A stretch of 64,000 bases of DNA from an uncultured Chloroflexia bacterium (GCA_963712745.1 CAVQJC010000005.1:224001-288000); one strand, 5' to 3'. Shown: positions 39,675 to 52,463, counted from the stretch's first letter. Translations and numbers: made by a program. The notes: generated by a model from the sequence alone, not told the origin.

Positions 39675-41804
39675 TCAGCGCCAGGCCCGCACCTTCTCCG
39701 GATAGACCCGGACACGGCGGAAGGGCTCCCGGCCGCGCGAGCGAGAAACCAGGTTGGCCGCCTCAGCGGCCCGGTGCTGGAGCTTGCGCAGGTAGGCGTT
39801 CTGGGGCGAGAGCTCGACCGGCTTGGACTCCGAGCGGACCAGGCTGATGGCCTCCTCGAGCTCGCGCATGGCCACGTCCTGGGGATCGGTATCGAGCACA
39901 TAGAGGCTGGTCAGGATGGCCTGCATCTGCACGATGGTGTTTGACTTGAGCACGTAGATGGGGATGCCCCGCGCTTCCGCCTCGCGGATGAGCGGGGACT
40001 TCTGCTTGTAGCTGCTGCGCAGGGTGATGACCACGTCGGCCTCGTCCGGCTCGCGCACCACTACTACCGGCAGCTGCAGGTCCTTGATGGCCTGCTCGAG
40101 CCGCTTGCGGCTGATGCCGAAGCCGAGCACGTTCATGGGCTCCAGCCGGACACCGCCGCCGTTGCGCTCGGACATGCGGATGAGCGACTCCTCCTCGCCC
40201 TTCATCTCCGCCGGCACATCGGGCTCACCGTCGGCTGTGGCCAGGCCGCCGTCGCGCACCGGCTCGAAGCCGAATGCGACCGCAGTGCGCTCGGGTCCCT
40301 CCATGGCGGTGGCCTGCTCGGCCTCGACGCGATCGGTCATGAGCTCGCTCATGGCGCGGTTGGCCGAGGCACGCCATTCGGCCTGGCGCTCGAGCTCACG
40401 AGCGTCGCGGGCTCGCTGTTCGGGGGCGACCGTGCCGCGCTCCAAGGGACCGCGATCGGCGATGGCGCCGGCCCGGAAGAAGGCGCCGCCACTGCGGCTG
40501 CGCGTCTCGTCTACCTGCCACTCCATTCCCCGTCGGCCACGGCTGCGCCCGCGTGGGGCGCTCCCCGCACGACCGGGAGCCTCGCCACTGCCGCTGCCCC
40601 GTTCGCGCAGCGGGGCTTCGACACCGATGGCGCCCGCTCCGCTGCCGACCAGCCCACCGAAGCGCTCGCCCGGGATGCGGGAACGCGGCCCCGGACGAGT
40701 ACGCGCCTGCGAGCGATGGACACCGCCCTCATCCCGCCAGCGCATCTCGGGGGCGAGCGCATCGCCGCGCAGCATGGCGTCGACGGTCTCGGCTACATCG
40801 GCATGGACCGAGACACGGTCGCGGTCCTGGATCTCGACGATGACGTCGAAGGTGGGTGGGGCCTTGCGCTCCAGCACCGACTTCTGGGTTCGCCGCCTGC
40901 GTGCCTCGTCGTCTCCGAGCGTGACCGTCTGGATGCCGCCGATGAGGTCGGAGAGGGTGGGGTTCATCATCAGGTTGTCGAGGTTGTTGCCGTGGGCGGT
41001 ACCGATGAGCTGGACGCCCCGTTCGGCGATCGTGCGCGCCGCCTGCGCCTCCAGCTCGGTGCCGATCTCGTCGATGACGATGACCTCAGGCATGTGGTTC
41101 TCGACGGCCTCGATCATGACCGCGTGCTGCAGGTCGGGTGTCTTGACCTGCATGCGGCGCGCGCGGCCGATGCCGGGGTGGGGGATGTCGCCGTCACCGG
41201 CGATCTCGTTGGAGGTGTCGACGATGACCACGCGCTTGTCGAGGTCGTCGGCCAGCACGCGTGCAGCCTCGCGCAGCATGGTCGTCTTGCCGATGCCGGG
41301 GCGACCCATGATGAGGATCGAGCGGTCCGATTCGACGAGGTCGTCGACGATCTCGATGGTGCCGTAGACGGCCCGGCCGACGCGGCAAGTGAGGCCCACG
41401 ATCTTGCCGCTGCGGTTGCGGATGGCGCTGATGCGGTGGAGCGTGCGCTCGATGCCGGCGCGATTGTCCTCGCCGAAGGACCCGACGTGGTCGACCACGT
41501 ACTGGATGTCCTCCGACCCGATCTCGCGGTCCAGCAGGACCTCCTCGCCGCCACCACCGAAGCGAGCTTCAGGCCGGCGGCCGAGGTCCATCACCACCTC
41601 GATGACGGCCTCCACTCCATCGAGGGCGCGCATGCGCTCACAGATCTCGGGCGGTAGGGCGTCGAGCAACGCGTCGAGGTCGTCGGTCGGGACGCCAGCG
41701 GCCGGGTTCGGCAACTGGCCGGAGGCGGGCGTGACCGGGGCAGCCGCATCGGCTGGTGGCGTGGTGCTGGCGGACATGGGTTCCTCCGATGGCGGGGTGG
41801 TCAT
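39675..41804 (-). CDS. AAA ATPase with R3H domain (Ycf45/SpoIIIAA-like)
   Basis: [42 protein letters not shown]. Confidence 0.9.
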   Translation of the reverse strand: MTTPPSEEPMSASTTPPADAAAPVTPASGQLPNPAAGVPTDDLDALLDALPPEICERMRALDGVEAVIEVVMDLGRRPEARFGGGGEEVLLDREIGSEDIQYVVDHVGSFGEDNRAGIERTLHRISAIRNRSGKIVGLTCRVGRAVYGTIEIVDDLVESDRSILIMGRPGIGKTTMLREAARVLADDLDKRVVIVDTSNEIAGDGDIPHPGIGRARRMQVKTPDLQHAVMIEAVENHMPEVIVIDEIGTELEAQAARTIAERGVQLIGTAHGNNLDNLMMNPTLSDLIGGIQTVTLGDDEARRRRTQKSVLERKAPPTFDVIVEIQDRDRVSVHADVAETVDAMLRGDALAPEMRWRDEGGVHRSQARTRPGPRSRIPGERFGGLVGSGAGAIGVEAPLRERGSGSGEAPGRAGSAPRGRSRGRRGMEWQVDETRSRSGGAFFRAGAIADRGPLERGTVAPEQRARDARELERQAEWRASANRAMSELMTDRVEAEQATAMEGPERTAVAFGFEPVRDGGLATADGEPDVPAEMKGEEESLIRMSERNGGGVRLEPMNVLGFGISRKRLEQAIKDLQLPVVVVREPDEADVVITLRSSYKQKSPLIREAEARGIPIYVLKSNTIVQMQAILTSLYVLDTDPQDVAMRELEEAISLVRSESKPVELSPQNAYLRKLQHRAAEAANLVSRSRGREPFRRVRVYPEKVRAWR

Positions 41805-42892
41805 CAGATGGCCGGCACCAGTGAGGGTTCGGCCACCCGCACCAATGCCTCCTTGACGAGCAGGGACACCGTCGCGATGGCCTCCATGCCCGCCTCTTCG
41901 AGTCGGCGGTCGATGGGTGATTCGTAGGTCCGCACGCAGGCCATGACGCCGTGCTGGTGGCCAGGGTCGCCCGCACGCTGGTTGGCCCCGCTGCGCTTGC
42001 CGATGAGCCCGAGCCCGTAGCGGATGAGGCTGCTGGTGTCGTGATCGGGTAGGGCCAGCACACGCATGTAGTGCGGTTGCTGCTCCTTGGCCACGCCCAC
42101 CTGCAGCATGGCCAGCAGGCCCTTGCCGTCGGGCGCCTCCTGCACGTGGGCCTCCACGTCCGCGAGGCGCAGCAACGGCGTGAGCGAGGTACGGGGCACG
42201 CTCGAGCGACCTGACAGGTTCTCCCAGTCGGGTAGCCGATAGCCCTCGAGCCGGGCCACCGGCGCGGGCGTGACCCGCTTATACAGCGCCGCCAGGTCGA
42301 CCGAGTCCTGGTGCGAGGCCGGGCGGATGCGCAGCTCGTCGGCGTCGATGCCGCGCATCGTAGGGAAGCTCTGGCCGGGGTCGCGGAAGAGGATGGTCTC
42401 CTCGCCGTAGCGAGCGAAGCCGGCCTGCATGAACAGCTCGACGTTGCCGTCGGCGTCGGCGCAGGCGACGTGGAAACGGTGGGCCCCCCGGCGCGAGCCG
42501 TCGCGCAACAGATGCTGGACCAGGCGATAGCGGATGTCGCCGGCGTCGCCCTGGGCCACCGCATCGAGCTCGACGATGGTCCACTCGTCGCGGTTGGCAT
42601 CACGCTCCACGCGCGCCAGGCCGGCCAGCCGCCCTCCCTCGTCGTAGACGTACATCTGGTCGTTGGGCTTGAAGGCACCGAGCGGCATGCGGAAGAGACT
42701 GAAGACCGAGACGTGGCTGGCAGTCACGGGCAGTCCCAGCGAGCGCGACGGGCGCCTGGCCTCGCGGGGGCTGCCGGGATGGCCGTCGTTGGCCTCGATG
42801 CCGGGGTGGGCCAGCCGCGACAGTTCGCCCACCGCGGCCAGATCGGTCAGGCGCGCTGCGCGGACGCGGCCGGTGCGAGTCGTCGCTGGCAT
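41804..42892 (-). CDS. Hypothetical protein, probable tandem GNAT fold
   Basis: [11 protein letters not shown] and [10 protein letters not shown] resemble GNAT motif B; translationally coupled within the operon. Confidence 0.65.
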   Translation of the reverse strand: MPATTRTGRVRAARLTDLAAVGELSRLAHPGIEANDGHPGSPREARRPSRSLGLPVTASHVSVFSLFRMPLGAFKPNDQMYVYDEGGRLAGLARVERDANRDEWTIVELDAVAQGDAGDIRYRLVQHLLRDGSRRGAHRFHVACADADGNVELFMQAGFARYGEETILFRDPGQSFPTMRGIDADELRIRPASHQDSVDLAALYKRVTPAPVARLEGYRLPDWENLSGRSSVPRTSLTPLLRLADVEAHVQEAPDGKGLLAMLQVGVAKEQQPHYMRVLALPDHDTSSLIRYGLGLIGKRSGANQRAGDPGHQHGVMACVRTYESPIDRRLEEAGMEAIATVSLLVKEALVRVAEPSLVPAI

Positions 42893-42923
42893 CAGCGGCC
42901 CCTCCCCGTGCTGCGTCGGCGGG

Positions 42924-43565
42924 TCATCGCGGGGCCTCTAGCCCCCTCCGCACCGGGTGGGGTCTTCGGCCGCCGCCCTCGGCCGGTTCCTGATAGGCGC
43001 CGGCCATGGTCGTCAGCAGACGGTGGAAGCGCATCTCCCCGGCCAGCTCCGGGTGAAATGCGGTAGCGATGACATTGCGCTGTCGCACGGCTACAACGCT
43101 ACCGTCTTCGAGCCGCGCCAGCACGTCGACCTCGGCGCCCACCCGCTCCACCAGCGGGGCCCGGATGAACACGGCATGGACCGGCGTATCACCGAGGACG
43201 GACACCACGAGGTCAGCCTCGAAAGAGTCGAGCTGCCGGCCGAAGGCATTGCGTTTGACCGACACGTCGAGCAGCGGAAAGACCGGCTCGTCGCCGTCGA
43301 CGATCTCGTTCGCCAGCAGGATCAGGCCGGCGCAGGTGCCCAGGATGGGCGCGCCACGCTCGGCCAGGTCGAGGATCGGCTGTCGCAAGCCCCAGCGCTC
43401 GATGAGCTTGCGCATGGTCGTCGATTCACCACCGGGCAGGATGAGCCCGGCCAGGCCCTCGAGATGCTCGGGCAGTCGGACGGGCACGGCCTCCGCGCCG
43501 ATGGCACTGAGCATGGCTTCGTGCTCGGCGAAGGCTCCCTGGACCCTGAGCACTCCGATCTTCAC
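42924..43565 (-). CDS. pdxT: PLP synthase glutaminase subunit
   Basis: PGGESTT, GTCAGLI, RNAFGRQ, FIRAP, FHPEL. Confidence 0.96.
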   Translation of the reverse strand: MKIGVLRVQGAFAEHEAMLSAIGAEAVPVRLPEHLEGLAGLILPGGESTTMRKLIERWGLRQPILDLAERGAPILGTCAGLILLANEIVDGDEPVFPLLDVSVKRNAFGRQLDSFEADLVVSVLGDTPVHAVFIRAPLVERVGAEVDVLARLEDGSVVAVRQRNVIATAFHPELAGEMRFHRLLTTMAGAYQEPAEGGGRRPHPVRRGLEAPR

Positions 43566-43614
43566 GGTCGATCGCGCTGCGGTGTGGCGGAGGTGGCCGG
43601 CGGTGTCGACCGCG

Positions 43615-44502
43615 CTACCAGCCGCGGACCGCGAGCCGCTCCTCCTCGGGCACCGAGGCCACGCTCATGCCGCGCATGGGGGAGCCCAGCCCGCGCGAGA
43701 CCTCGGCGATGATCTTGGGGTCGTCAAAGTGGGTGGTGGCCTGGACGATGGCGTTGGCCGTGGTGGCCGGGTCTTCCGACTTGAAGATGCCGGAACCCAC
43801 GAACACGCCTTCCGCACCGAGCTGCATGGCCAGGGCTGCGTCCGATGGCGTGGCGATGCCACCGGCCACGAAGTTGACCACCGGCAGGCGGCCGGCCGCA
43901 GCCACGTCCTTGACCAGGTCGTAGGGCGCACCCAGTTCCTTGGCGGCCAGGAAAAGCTCGTCCTCGCGCAGGCTGGCCAGCCGGCGGATGCCGGCGTTGA
44001 CCGAGCGGATGTGTCGGACGGCCTCCACGATGTCGCCGGTACCGGCCTCGCCCTTGGTGCGCATCATGGCCGCGCCCTCGCTGATGCGGCGCAGTGCCTC
44101 GCCCAGGTCGCGGGCACCGCACACGAAGGGCACCTTGAACTGGTGCTTGTCGATGTGGTTGTCCTCGTCGGCCGGGGTCAGCACCTCCGACTCGTCGATG
44201 TAGTCCACGCCCAACGCCTCGAGCACCTGGGCCTCGACGAAGTGGCCGATGCGGGCCTTGGCCATGACCGGGATGGTGACCGCATCCATGATCGCGCTGA
44301 CGAGCGAGGGGTCGCTCATGCGCGCCACACCGCCGGCGGCACGGATATCGGCGGGCACGCGCTCGAGCGCCATGACCGCGACCGCGCCTGCCGCCTCGGC
44401 GATGCGCGCCTGGTCGGGGGTAACGACGTCCATGATGACGCCGCCCTTCAGCATCTGGGCCAGACCCTTCTTGGTCGCCCAGGTGGACGTCTCGACGTTC
44501 AC
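43615..44502 (-). CDS. pdxS: PLP synthase lyase subunit
   Basis: [34 protein letters not shown]-terminal RGW. Confidence 0.97.
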   Translation of the reverse strand: MNVETSTWATKKGLAQMLKGGVIMDVVTPDQARIAEAAGAVAVMALERVPADIRAAGGVARMSDPSLVSAIMDAVTIPVMAKARIGHFVEAQVLEALGVDYIDESEVLTPADEDNHIDKHQFKVPFVCGARDLGEALRRISEGAAMMRTKGEAGTGDIVEAVRHIRSVNAGIRRLASLREDELFLAAKELGAPYDLVKDVAAAGRLPVVNFVAGGIATPSDAALAMQLGAEGVFVGSGIFKSEDPATTANAIVQATTHFDDPKIIAEVSRGLGSPMRGMSVASVPEEERLAVRGW

Positions 44503-44745
44503 TGACAGCCTCGATGAATGGTTGGGTTCGTGGTCTCTGCCGGGTTCGACAGCGGGGTCGTCGCCCGCACGGAACAGCTGGCCGACCACGACTACATCTG
44601 GATTATCGCATGGGCGGCCCGGCACTCCTTCCGACCGGCGAGCGCTGAGGTTCAGTGTGGATGGGTGATGGTACTGATGGGCCTGTTGCGGGGGGGCACC
44701 ACCGTCAGGAGGGCCATCACGCCCCAGAACTGCTAGCGTCGGGAC

Positions 44746-45555
44746 ATGCCGGAACGCCCGCGGACCCAACGTCCCCCGATCGACCTCGCCGTAGAGCTTG
44801 AGCGAGCCGTAGAGCGCAACGAGTTCGGACTCGAGTATCAGCCGATCATCGACCTCGTTACGGGCTCGATCGCGGCGGTCGAGGCGCTCCTGCGCTGGCG
44901 GCACCCGCTGATGGGCACCATCGCCCCCGCCGAATACCTCCCGCTTGCCGAGGAGACCGGGCACATCGTGCCCATCGGCGAGCGAGTGCTCGACGCGGCC
45001 ACGCGCCAGCTTCGTACCTGGCACCTTGGCTTCGCCCGCATGCAGGCGCTGAAGGTCAACATCAACCTCTCTCCGCGCCAGCTGACCGACCCCGGCCTGC
45101 TCGAACACGTCGGGACTGTGCTGACGCGCTCGGATCTCGACCCGGCGTCACTGACGCTGGAGCTGGGAGCCGGCTGCAGTGACCACCCCGAGCCCATCGC
45201 CGCCCTGGCGCGGTTGGGAGTGGGCCTGGCCCTGGAGGACTTCGGACAGGGTTCCTCGCTCGACGACGTACGCGAGATGCCGCTGACCACGGTCAAGCTG
45301 CATCCGAGTTTCGCCTCGATGGCGGCGGGGAGCGACGACGACGTCGCCTTCGCCGAGAGCGTGCTGGCCCTGTGCCGGACACGCGGCCTCTCGACGGTGG
45401 GCAAGGGCGTGGAGACGCGGGAGCAGGCTCGCCGCCTGGCGGTCCTCGGCTGCGACATGGCCCAGGGATACCTGTACTCCAAGCCGCTCGGCCCGGAAGG
45501 CATCGGCACGCTCCTGGCCCGCGGCCGGGTCACCTCACCTTCGACCGTCCGCTAG
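44746..45555 (+). CDS. Stand-alone EAL-domain protein (degenerate)
   Basis: [33 protein letters not shown]. Confidence 0.88.
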   Translation: MPERPRTQRPPIDLAVELERAVERNEFGLEYQPIIDLVTGSIAAVEALLRWRHPLMGTIAPAEYLPLAEETGHIVPIGERVLDAATRQLRTWHLGFARMQALKVNINLSPRQLTDPGLLEHVGTVLTRSDLDPASLTLELGAGCSDHPEPIAALARLGVGLALEDFGQGSSLDDVREMPLTTVKLHPSFASMAAGSDDDVAFAESVLALCRTRGLSTVGKGVETREQARRLAVLGCDMAQGYLYSKPLGPEGIGTLLARGRVTSPSTVR

Positions 45556-45617
45556 CACCCCCCGGCACCCCCGGCACCTCGGCTCTTTCCGGCTCGGTCC
45601 CGACTCGTTCTGCTCCT

Positions 45618-45692
45618 CCCGGCTCGTCCGGGCTGGTCCCGGCTCGTCCGGGCTGGTCCCGGCTCGTCCGGGCTGGTCCCGGCTCGTCCCGG
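45618..45692. repeat. 20-bp tandem repeat (about 3.5 copies)
   Basis: cccggctcgtccgggctggt repeated. Confidence 0.9.
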
Positions 45693-46014
45693 CGTCAGGC
45701 AGTCCCCTGCCCCGTCCCCCTGCTCGGCCTCGACCGGGTGATCCGGCTGGCCCGGCGCATGAAGGGACGGCTCCAGCGAACCACGCGCGTGACTCCTCAG
45801 GGGAGCAGACCCGACGGCGACCCCGTGCCTGGCGAGCCGCGCCTTGGCCGAGAACCTGGCAGGTTCATCGGGTCTGGCAGGTTCATCCGGCGCGGGCAGA
45901 GCGGACGTCTCGCAGCAGACGGTCAGCGCCGACGGCAGATCTCGGCATCCTTGACTCCCCTGGGCGTCCCGGCATCCGCGTGAAGGGCCGGGCTGGTTCG
46001 AGGGAACGCCGGAC

Positions 46015-46052
46015 ATGAAGAACGGCCGGGAGGACGATGCCTACCCGGCCGC
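46015..46052 (-). terminator. Probable intrinsic terminator
   Basis: Minus strand reads cggccggg-loop-cccggccg followed by ttctt, downstream of 46145-46432. Confidence 0.5.
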
Positions 46053-46144
46053 CAGGAGAGCGAAGCGCAGGAGTCAGGCAGGGATCGCGGACCGAGTCGG
46101 CCGCGGACCCCGCAGCCGGCCCCGAAGGCCGGCGCGAACGTGGT

Positions 46145-46432
46145 CTAGAGGACGCCGAGGGAGCTGATGAGGAGGCCGTAGACGCCGGCGCCGGCGATGA
46201 GGGCGACCAGGACGAAAGCGCGGGCCTTGGGAACCGACGGACCCTCGTCGATCAGCTCGACGGCGGAGATGTCGTAGTTGGTGCCGCGATAGCGTTCGGT
46301 CAGCGACATCTCGGGCTCTTCCTGGAGGGGAGCCGCCACGTTCTGGGCGACGATCGGGTCCCAGCGACATGCCGGACAGATACCGGTCGCCTGGTCGAGC
46401 TCGGTCTCACATTCGGGGCAATACGCGTTCAT
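46145..46432 (-). CDS. Small zinc-ribbon protein with C-terminal membrane anchor
   Basis: CPEC...CPAC, C-terminal hydrophobic helix. Confidence 0.75.
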   Translation of the reverse strand: MNAYCPECETELDQATGICPACRWDPIVAQNVAAPLQEEPEMSLTERYRGTNYDISAVELIDEGPSVPKARAFVLVALIAGAGVYGLLISSLGVL

Positions 46433-46701
46433 GATTTCGTCCCTTGGTCTGTGATGATTTCCCTGCGCTCGGAGTTCGATGACGTCCCGAACACTATCGG
46501 CGCGAACGGTCCTGTCACCATCACCCGGTCGTCCCACGGTTCGGGCGAACGCGTGCCCTTCGGTGCGGTGCGGTGCACAAGCCGGGGTCCCGCCCGCGTG
46601 GAGATTTGGTACTGCCTGCCGGAGACCTCCCGTAGGGGCATCAGGTACGTTGCGCTACGATGCCAATGCCGCGTGGTCATCACGCCCAGTCGAGGTGAGC
46701 G

Positions 46702-47214
46702 TTGGACAGTGTCGTCCTTCTCCTGAACGCCGACTACGAGCCACTCAACGTCTGCGATCTGCGCAGGGCGTTCCGGCTCGTCTTCGGCGCGAAGGCGGAG
46801 GTCATCGAGTACGACCACACCGAGGTCCGCACTCCCACGACCGTCCTGCGCGCGCCCTCGGTCATCAAGCTGCAGTACCGCATCAAGCGTCCCCGCCCCC
46901 GGGTGCGCCTGTCGCGCCGCGAGGTCTTCGCCCGCGACGGCCATGTCTGCCAGTACTGCGGCCAGCGCACGGCCAAGCTCACGCTCGACCACGTCCTGCC
47001 CCGGCATCGGGGCGGCAGCCATAGCTGGGACAACCTCGTGGCCGCTTGCAGTTCCTGCAACCACCGCAAGGGTGGGCGCCTGCCGGAGGAGGCCGGCATG
47101 CGCCTGCGCAAGCGGCCCTACGAGCCCAAGTGCGACACCTACACCATGTACTCCACGTACCTGACCGACCCTCGCAACGAAGCCTGGCGCGACTACCTCA
47201 CGCTCAACCGCTGA
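46702..47214 (+). CDS. HNH endonuclease (McrA-like)
   Basis: VLLLNADYEPL, RDGHVCQYCG, TLDHVLP, WDNLVAACSSCNHRKG. Confidence 0.93.
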   Translation: MDSVVLLLNADYEPLNVCDLRRAFRLVFGAKAEVIEYDHTEVRTPTTVLRAPSVIKLQYRIKRPRPRVRLSRREVFARDGHVCQYCGQRTAKLTLDHVLPRHRGGSHSWDNLVAACSSCNHRKGGRLPEEAGMRLRKRPYEPKCDTYTMYSTYLTDPRNEAWRDYLTLNR

Positions 47215-47220
47215 GCGACC

Positions 47221-48653
47221 ATGCCTCAGAGCGACGCTGCTGCCAGGTCCCCCTCGTCGAGCACGCCCGTGGACGACGACCAGCCGCCCTTCCCCGTCGA
47301 CAGGGAGGTCCTGGCAGTGCTGGGCACATTGTGGTCGGCCGGCTACGGGGGCTACCTCGTGGGCGGTGGCGTGCGCGATGCCATGCTCGGTCTGCCGGTG
47401 CGCGACTGGGACATCGCCACCGAGGCCCGCCCCGAACGAATCCTGCGCATCTTTCCCGGCAGCAGCTACCACAACCGCTTCGGCACGGTCCTCGCTCGCG
47501 GCCTGGAGATCACCACCTTCCGGCGTGACCATCGCTATGCCGACCATCGCCGGCCCGATACCATCACCTTCAGCGGCGACATCTTCGAGGACCTCGCACG
47601 CCGCGATCTGACCATCAACGCCATGGCCTGGGGCCGGCGCGGCCCCGACGCCGCGGCCCGGCTGGTGGACCCGGCTGACGGCCAGGGCGACCTGACAGCG
47701 CGGCTGGTGCGGGCAGTCGGCGATCCCAACCGCCGGTTCGACGAGGACGCCCTGCGGCTGCTTCGAGCCGTGCGCATCGCGGCCCGCCTCGATTTCGCCA
47801 TCGAGCCCATGACCAGGCAGGCCATGGTGGCCCACGCCTCCGATATGGAATGGGTCTCCGAGGAACGCATCGGCAGCGAGGTGCGGCGCATGCTCACGGC
47901 CGAGGTGCCGTCTCGTGCCATCCGGCTGATGCATGACACCGGCATCCTGGCCACGGCCATCCCGGAGCTGGCGGCACTGCCGGCCCCAGCCCTGGAGCGG
48001 GCCCTCGCGGTGACCGATGCCACCGCCTCCAGCGAGCCCGGCGGAGTGCGCCGAGCCTGGCCGGCGCCGAGCCCGGTGCGGAGCCTGGCGCCGAGCGCCT
48101 GGCGCTGGCCGCGCTGTTGGGCGAGCTGGAGCCCGCTCCCGCCCATGACGTGCTGGCACGGCTGCGCGTGGCTGGCCGCGAGGCCGAGGCCATCGCCACG
48201 CTGGTGGGGCTTGCCACCGAGCGCTACGACGAGGACTGGAGCGATGCCGACGTGCGGCGCTACATGGGTCGCGTGCCGGCCGAGTTGCTCGATGACCTGC
48301 TCGCCTTGCGCAGCGCGCGTGCGGCCGCCATCCCGGAGGCCCTCGGCGCCGCGGCCGCCACGAGAGAGTCCGAGCTGGCCGAACGCGTGGCTGGGCAGCG
48401 CGCGGCGGGGAGCCCACTCACGCTCGGGGACCTGGCCATCGACGGGCGCGACGTGAGGGACACGCTGGAGATCCCCGAGGGGCCGGTCATCGGCGCCATC
48501 CTCGAGCGCCTCCTGGCAGACGTCGTCGAGGACCCCAGCCTCAACGCGCGCATGCCCCTGCTGACGAGGGCCAGCCTCGTCCTCGACGAGTTGATGCAAG
48601 GTGATCGTGGTGCGAGCCGGTCGACGGACGCCGCTCCCCGATCCATCAGGTAG
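47221..48653 (+). CDS. cca: CCA tRNA nucleotidyltransferase / poly(A) polymerase family, with an apparent frameshift at about 48030-48095
   Basis: GGGVRD, DWDIAT, EITTFR, DLARRDLTINAMA, RFDEDALRLLRAVR; C-terminal LAIDGRD...GPVIG in a second frame. Confidence 0.88.
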
Positions 48654-48663
48654 GCTCGGTCCC

Positions 48664-49129
48664 GTGATCGAGCAGATCCTCGAGGCCGACCGCTACCTGC
48701 AGGTCGACCAGGTCGACAGGGCCAGAGGGATGTACGAGCGGGTGGTCGAGCTGGACCCGGGCAACTCCATCGCCGTGGTCGGGCTGGCACGCTGCGCGCT
48801 GGCCGAGGGCGATGACCACGGCGCCTACGCGCTGGCTTCGCGCGCCCTGGAGATCGACCCCGAGAACGACATGGCCCGGCGCATGGAGGCCCGGCTCTCG
48901 GAGGTGCTGGCGACCCGCGGGGAGCCGGTCGAGCGGCCCGTCGTCGCCGCCACCCCGGGGCCGCGGGAGATGCGCCCGGTGGTGACCGACGACACGCCTC
49001 TGCCCGCGACCGACCGCAACCGCCGACACCCGCGACCGCAGCCGCCACACCGAGCCCGTCCAGTCCGCCTTCCCCTGCAAAGGAGCGTCCCGTGCGCAAG
49101 TCCCTCTTCGACCGACTACTGGGCCGCTG

Positions 49130-49130
<1 letters not shown>
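48664..49130 (+). CDS. Tetratricopeptide repeat protein, with an apparent frameshift near 49015
   Basis: TPR-like YERVVELDPGN, ALEIDPEN; the plausible C-terminus RKSLFDRLLGR* abuts the galE start in another frame. Confidence 0.7.
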
Positions 49131-50101
<971 letters not shown>

Positions 50102-50112
50102 GGTCTGCTCGC

Positions 50113-50823
50113 TTGCCCGATCGCGAACACCTGCCGGTGCCGGACGACCCGAGGGACTGGGCACCCATGCGCCCGTACCGTGGCCGGCAACGGTTCGACA
50201 TCGTCGACCCACTCGTCGAACCCCTGTGGAGCGGCACCCGTGTGCTGGCTCATGTGGCAGGCGGGCCGGGCCGGGAAGCAGCGCCAAGGGTCGCGCTCAT
50301 CGAGGAGCTCGGTGCCGACCTCGCTGAGGCGCTGCCCGACCTGAGCGAAGCTATCGCGACCGGCGCCCTCGTGGTCGACGCCATCATCGACGGCATCATC
50401 ACGCCGGAGGTCGCGCTTGACGGCGTGGGGGCGGCAGCCATCCCCGAGGTGCGCGACCACCCGGCCAGGATGTTGCTGCGAAACAGCGTCGACTTCGACG
50501 TGGCTCCGCCCGACAGCGTCGGGGAGCGCGGGGCCGACCTCGAACTCGTCGACGGCTTCGTGGCGGTGGACCTGTTGCGCATCGACGGAACGAGCCTGCT
50601 CGACGTCCCTCTCCTGGAGCGCAAGCGGCTGCTGGAGGGCATCATCGTCCCGGGGCCTCTGCTGCGCGTTTCGAGCCACGTGCGCCCGCCCTGGGACCCG
50701 TGGATCGCCACGTGGAAGTCGGTCGGTCTCCGGGGCGGCATGCTCAAGGCCGCCAACAGCCGCTATCACCCCAACGACGACACCATCGAGTGGAAGGTCG
50801 TGGAGCGACTCAGCCGCCGCTAG
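50113..50823 (+). CDS. ATP-dependent DNA ligase adenylation-domain homolog, catalytically degenerate
   Basis: EPLWSGTR (motif I position), IDG, FVAVDLLRIDG, PLLERKRLL, GGMLKAANSRY; no OB domain; alternative ATG at 50167. Confidence 0.75.
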   Translation: MPDREHLPVPDDPRDWAPMRPYRGRQRFDIVDPLVEPLWSGTRVLAHVAGGPGREAAPRVALIEELGADLAEALPDLSEAIATGALVVDAIIDGIITPEVALDGVGAAAIPEVRDHPARMLLRNSVDFDVAPPDSVGERGADLELVDGFVAVDLLRIDGTSLLDVPLLERKRLLEGIIVPGPLLRVSSHVRPPWDPWIATWKSVGLRGGMLKAANSRYHPNDDTIEWKVVERLSRR

Positions 50824-50888
50824 CCGGACCGGCCGGCCGGCGGCGCCCCTGATATCCGCCGGAGGCGCGCTTCGGCTAGTCTCAGACC

Positions 50889-52463
50889 ATGCCTGATCGA
50901 GCCCTCCCTGAGGCCCTAGCGGAAGAGGTCAAGCGCCTCGGCCCCGCCGACATCATGGTCGGTATCCCCAGCTTCCGGAATGCCGCCACCATCGGCCACG
51001 TCACGCGGGCAGCCCAGGCCGGACTGGTGCAGTACTTCCCCGACCGCAAGCCCGTGCTCGTCAACGCCGACGCCGGCTCGCCCGACGGCACCGGTCGCGT
51101 GGTCATCGAGACGCAGCCGCCCGACTACGTCGAACGCATCCTGCTGGTGCGGCCGCGCAACCGCCTGCAGCGCCTCTCGCTGACGTACCCCGAGGTCGAC
51201 GGCGTGGGAGGCAAGGGCGCCGCTCTGCGCACGATCTTCCAGATCGCCGAGCAGCTGGGCGTAGAGGCGTTGGTGGTGGTCGACTCGGACCTGCGTTCGA
51301 TCGTGCCCGAGTGGATCGAGCTGCTGGCGGGGCCCATCCTGAAGGGCGGCTTCGACTTCGTGACCCCGCTCTACCAGCGCTACAAGTACGACGGCACCAT
51401 CACCAACAGCGTCACCTACCCGCTCACGCGCGCGCTCTACGGGCTGCGCATCCGCCAGCCCATCGGCGGCGACTTCGGCGTCAGCGGTGACCTCGTCAAG
51501 CACTACCTGGAGCAGGACGACTGGACGCCGGACATCAGCAAGTTCGGCATCGACATCTGGATGACGACCAAGGCCATCACCGGCGGTTTCGCCGTCAGCC
51601 AGACGCGCCTTGGCGCCAAGATCCACGACCCCAAGGATCCGGGCGCGGACCTGGGCCCGATGTTCAGCCAGGTCGTGGCCACGATGCTGCGCCTGACCGT
51701 GGAGCACGCCGACCACTGGCTCTCGGTCCACAGCTCCCACGCTGTGCCGACCTACGGCTTCGAGCGCTACGCCGACCCGCCGCCGCTGGAGGTCGACGTG
51801 ACCAGACTCCTGGCGGCCTTCGCGCGGGGTCGGGTCGCGGTCGGTGATGCCTGGGAGCTGCTCGTGGCGCCCGACCGCATGGCGGCCCTGGAAGGCCTGG
51901 CCCGGGAGGCCGGTGCAGCGCTCGACGAGATCACCCGCTCGGACACGCCGACGACCGCGGACGACGCCCAGTTCCACTTCAGTGATGACCTCTGGTCGCG
52001 AATCATCTACGACATCGCGCTGACCGCGCGCGGCTCGACCATGGACATGGACCGCCTCATCGCCGCACTCGTGCCCATCTACTTCGGGCGCGTGGCCAGC
52101 CTCGTGATCGAGGCCCGCGACATGACCTCGCAGCAGGCGGAGAGCCTGGTCGAGCGCCAGGCACGCGCCTTCGAGCAGGCCAAGCCGAGCTTCGTCGAGC
52201 GCTGGCGGTCGGGCGAAGGTCTGACGGCGCGCCGGCCCAAGCGCCGAGCCGCCGACAAGCCGGCCAAGACCGCCAAGTCGGCGTCGGCCAAGTCGGCGTC
52301 GGCCAAGTCGGCATCGGCCAAGTCGGCGACGCCCAAGACCTCCAAGTCGGCATCGGCCAAGTCGGCGACGCCCAAGACCTCCAAGTCGGCATCGGCCAAG
52401 TCGGCCACGCCCAAGACCTCCAAGACCGCTGCGCGGCGCAGCAGCAAGGGCGGGCAGGCATGA
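50889..52463 (+). CDS. Glucosylglycerate-synthase-like GT-A glycosyltransferase with Lys/Ser/Ala-rich tail
   Basis: VGIPSF, GKGAAL, VDSDLRS, YDGTITN, RQPIGGDFG, FGIDIWMT, HDPKDP. Confidence 0.8.
   Translation: MPDRALPEALAEEVKRLGPADIMVGIPSFRNAATIGHVTRAAQAGLVQYFPDRKPVLVNADAGSPDGTGRVVIETQPPDYVERILLVRPRNRLQRLSLTYPEVDGVGGKGAALRTIFQIAEQLGVEALVVVDSDLRSIVPEWIELLAGPILKGGFDFVTPLYQRYKYDGTITNSVTYPLTRALYGLRIRQPIGGDFGVSGDLVKHYLEQDDWTPDISKFGIDIWMTTKAITGGFAVSQTRLGAKIHDPKDPGADLGPMFSQVVATMLRLTVEHADHWLSVHSSHAVPTYGFERYADPPPLEVDVTRLLAAFARGRVAVGDAWELLVAPDRMAALEGLAREAGAALDEITRSDTPTTADDAQFHFSDDLWSRIIYDIALTARGSTMDMDRLIAALVPIYFGRVASLVIEARDMTSQQAESLVERQARAFEQAKPSFVERWRSGEGLTARRPKRRAADKPAKTAKSASAKSASAKSASAKSATPKTSKSASAKSATPKTSKSASAKSATPKTSKTAARRSSKGGQA
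52262..52430 (+). repeat. In-frame AKSAS / ATPKTSK repeats
   Basis: gccaagtcggc units. Confidence 0.9.

Noticed and set aside
45552-46016. 154-aa minus-strand ORF, or an SRP/6S/tmRNA gene in this gap
   Set aside because: The ORF is low-complexity and repeat-derived, and no conserved RNA-gene signature was recognised.
46702-47214. HNH gene as a mobile, defence or Cas9-like element
   Set aside because: It is a short stand-alone McrA-like family gene in a housekeeping operon with cca, with no flanking repeats.
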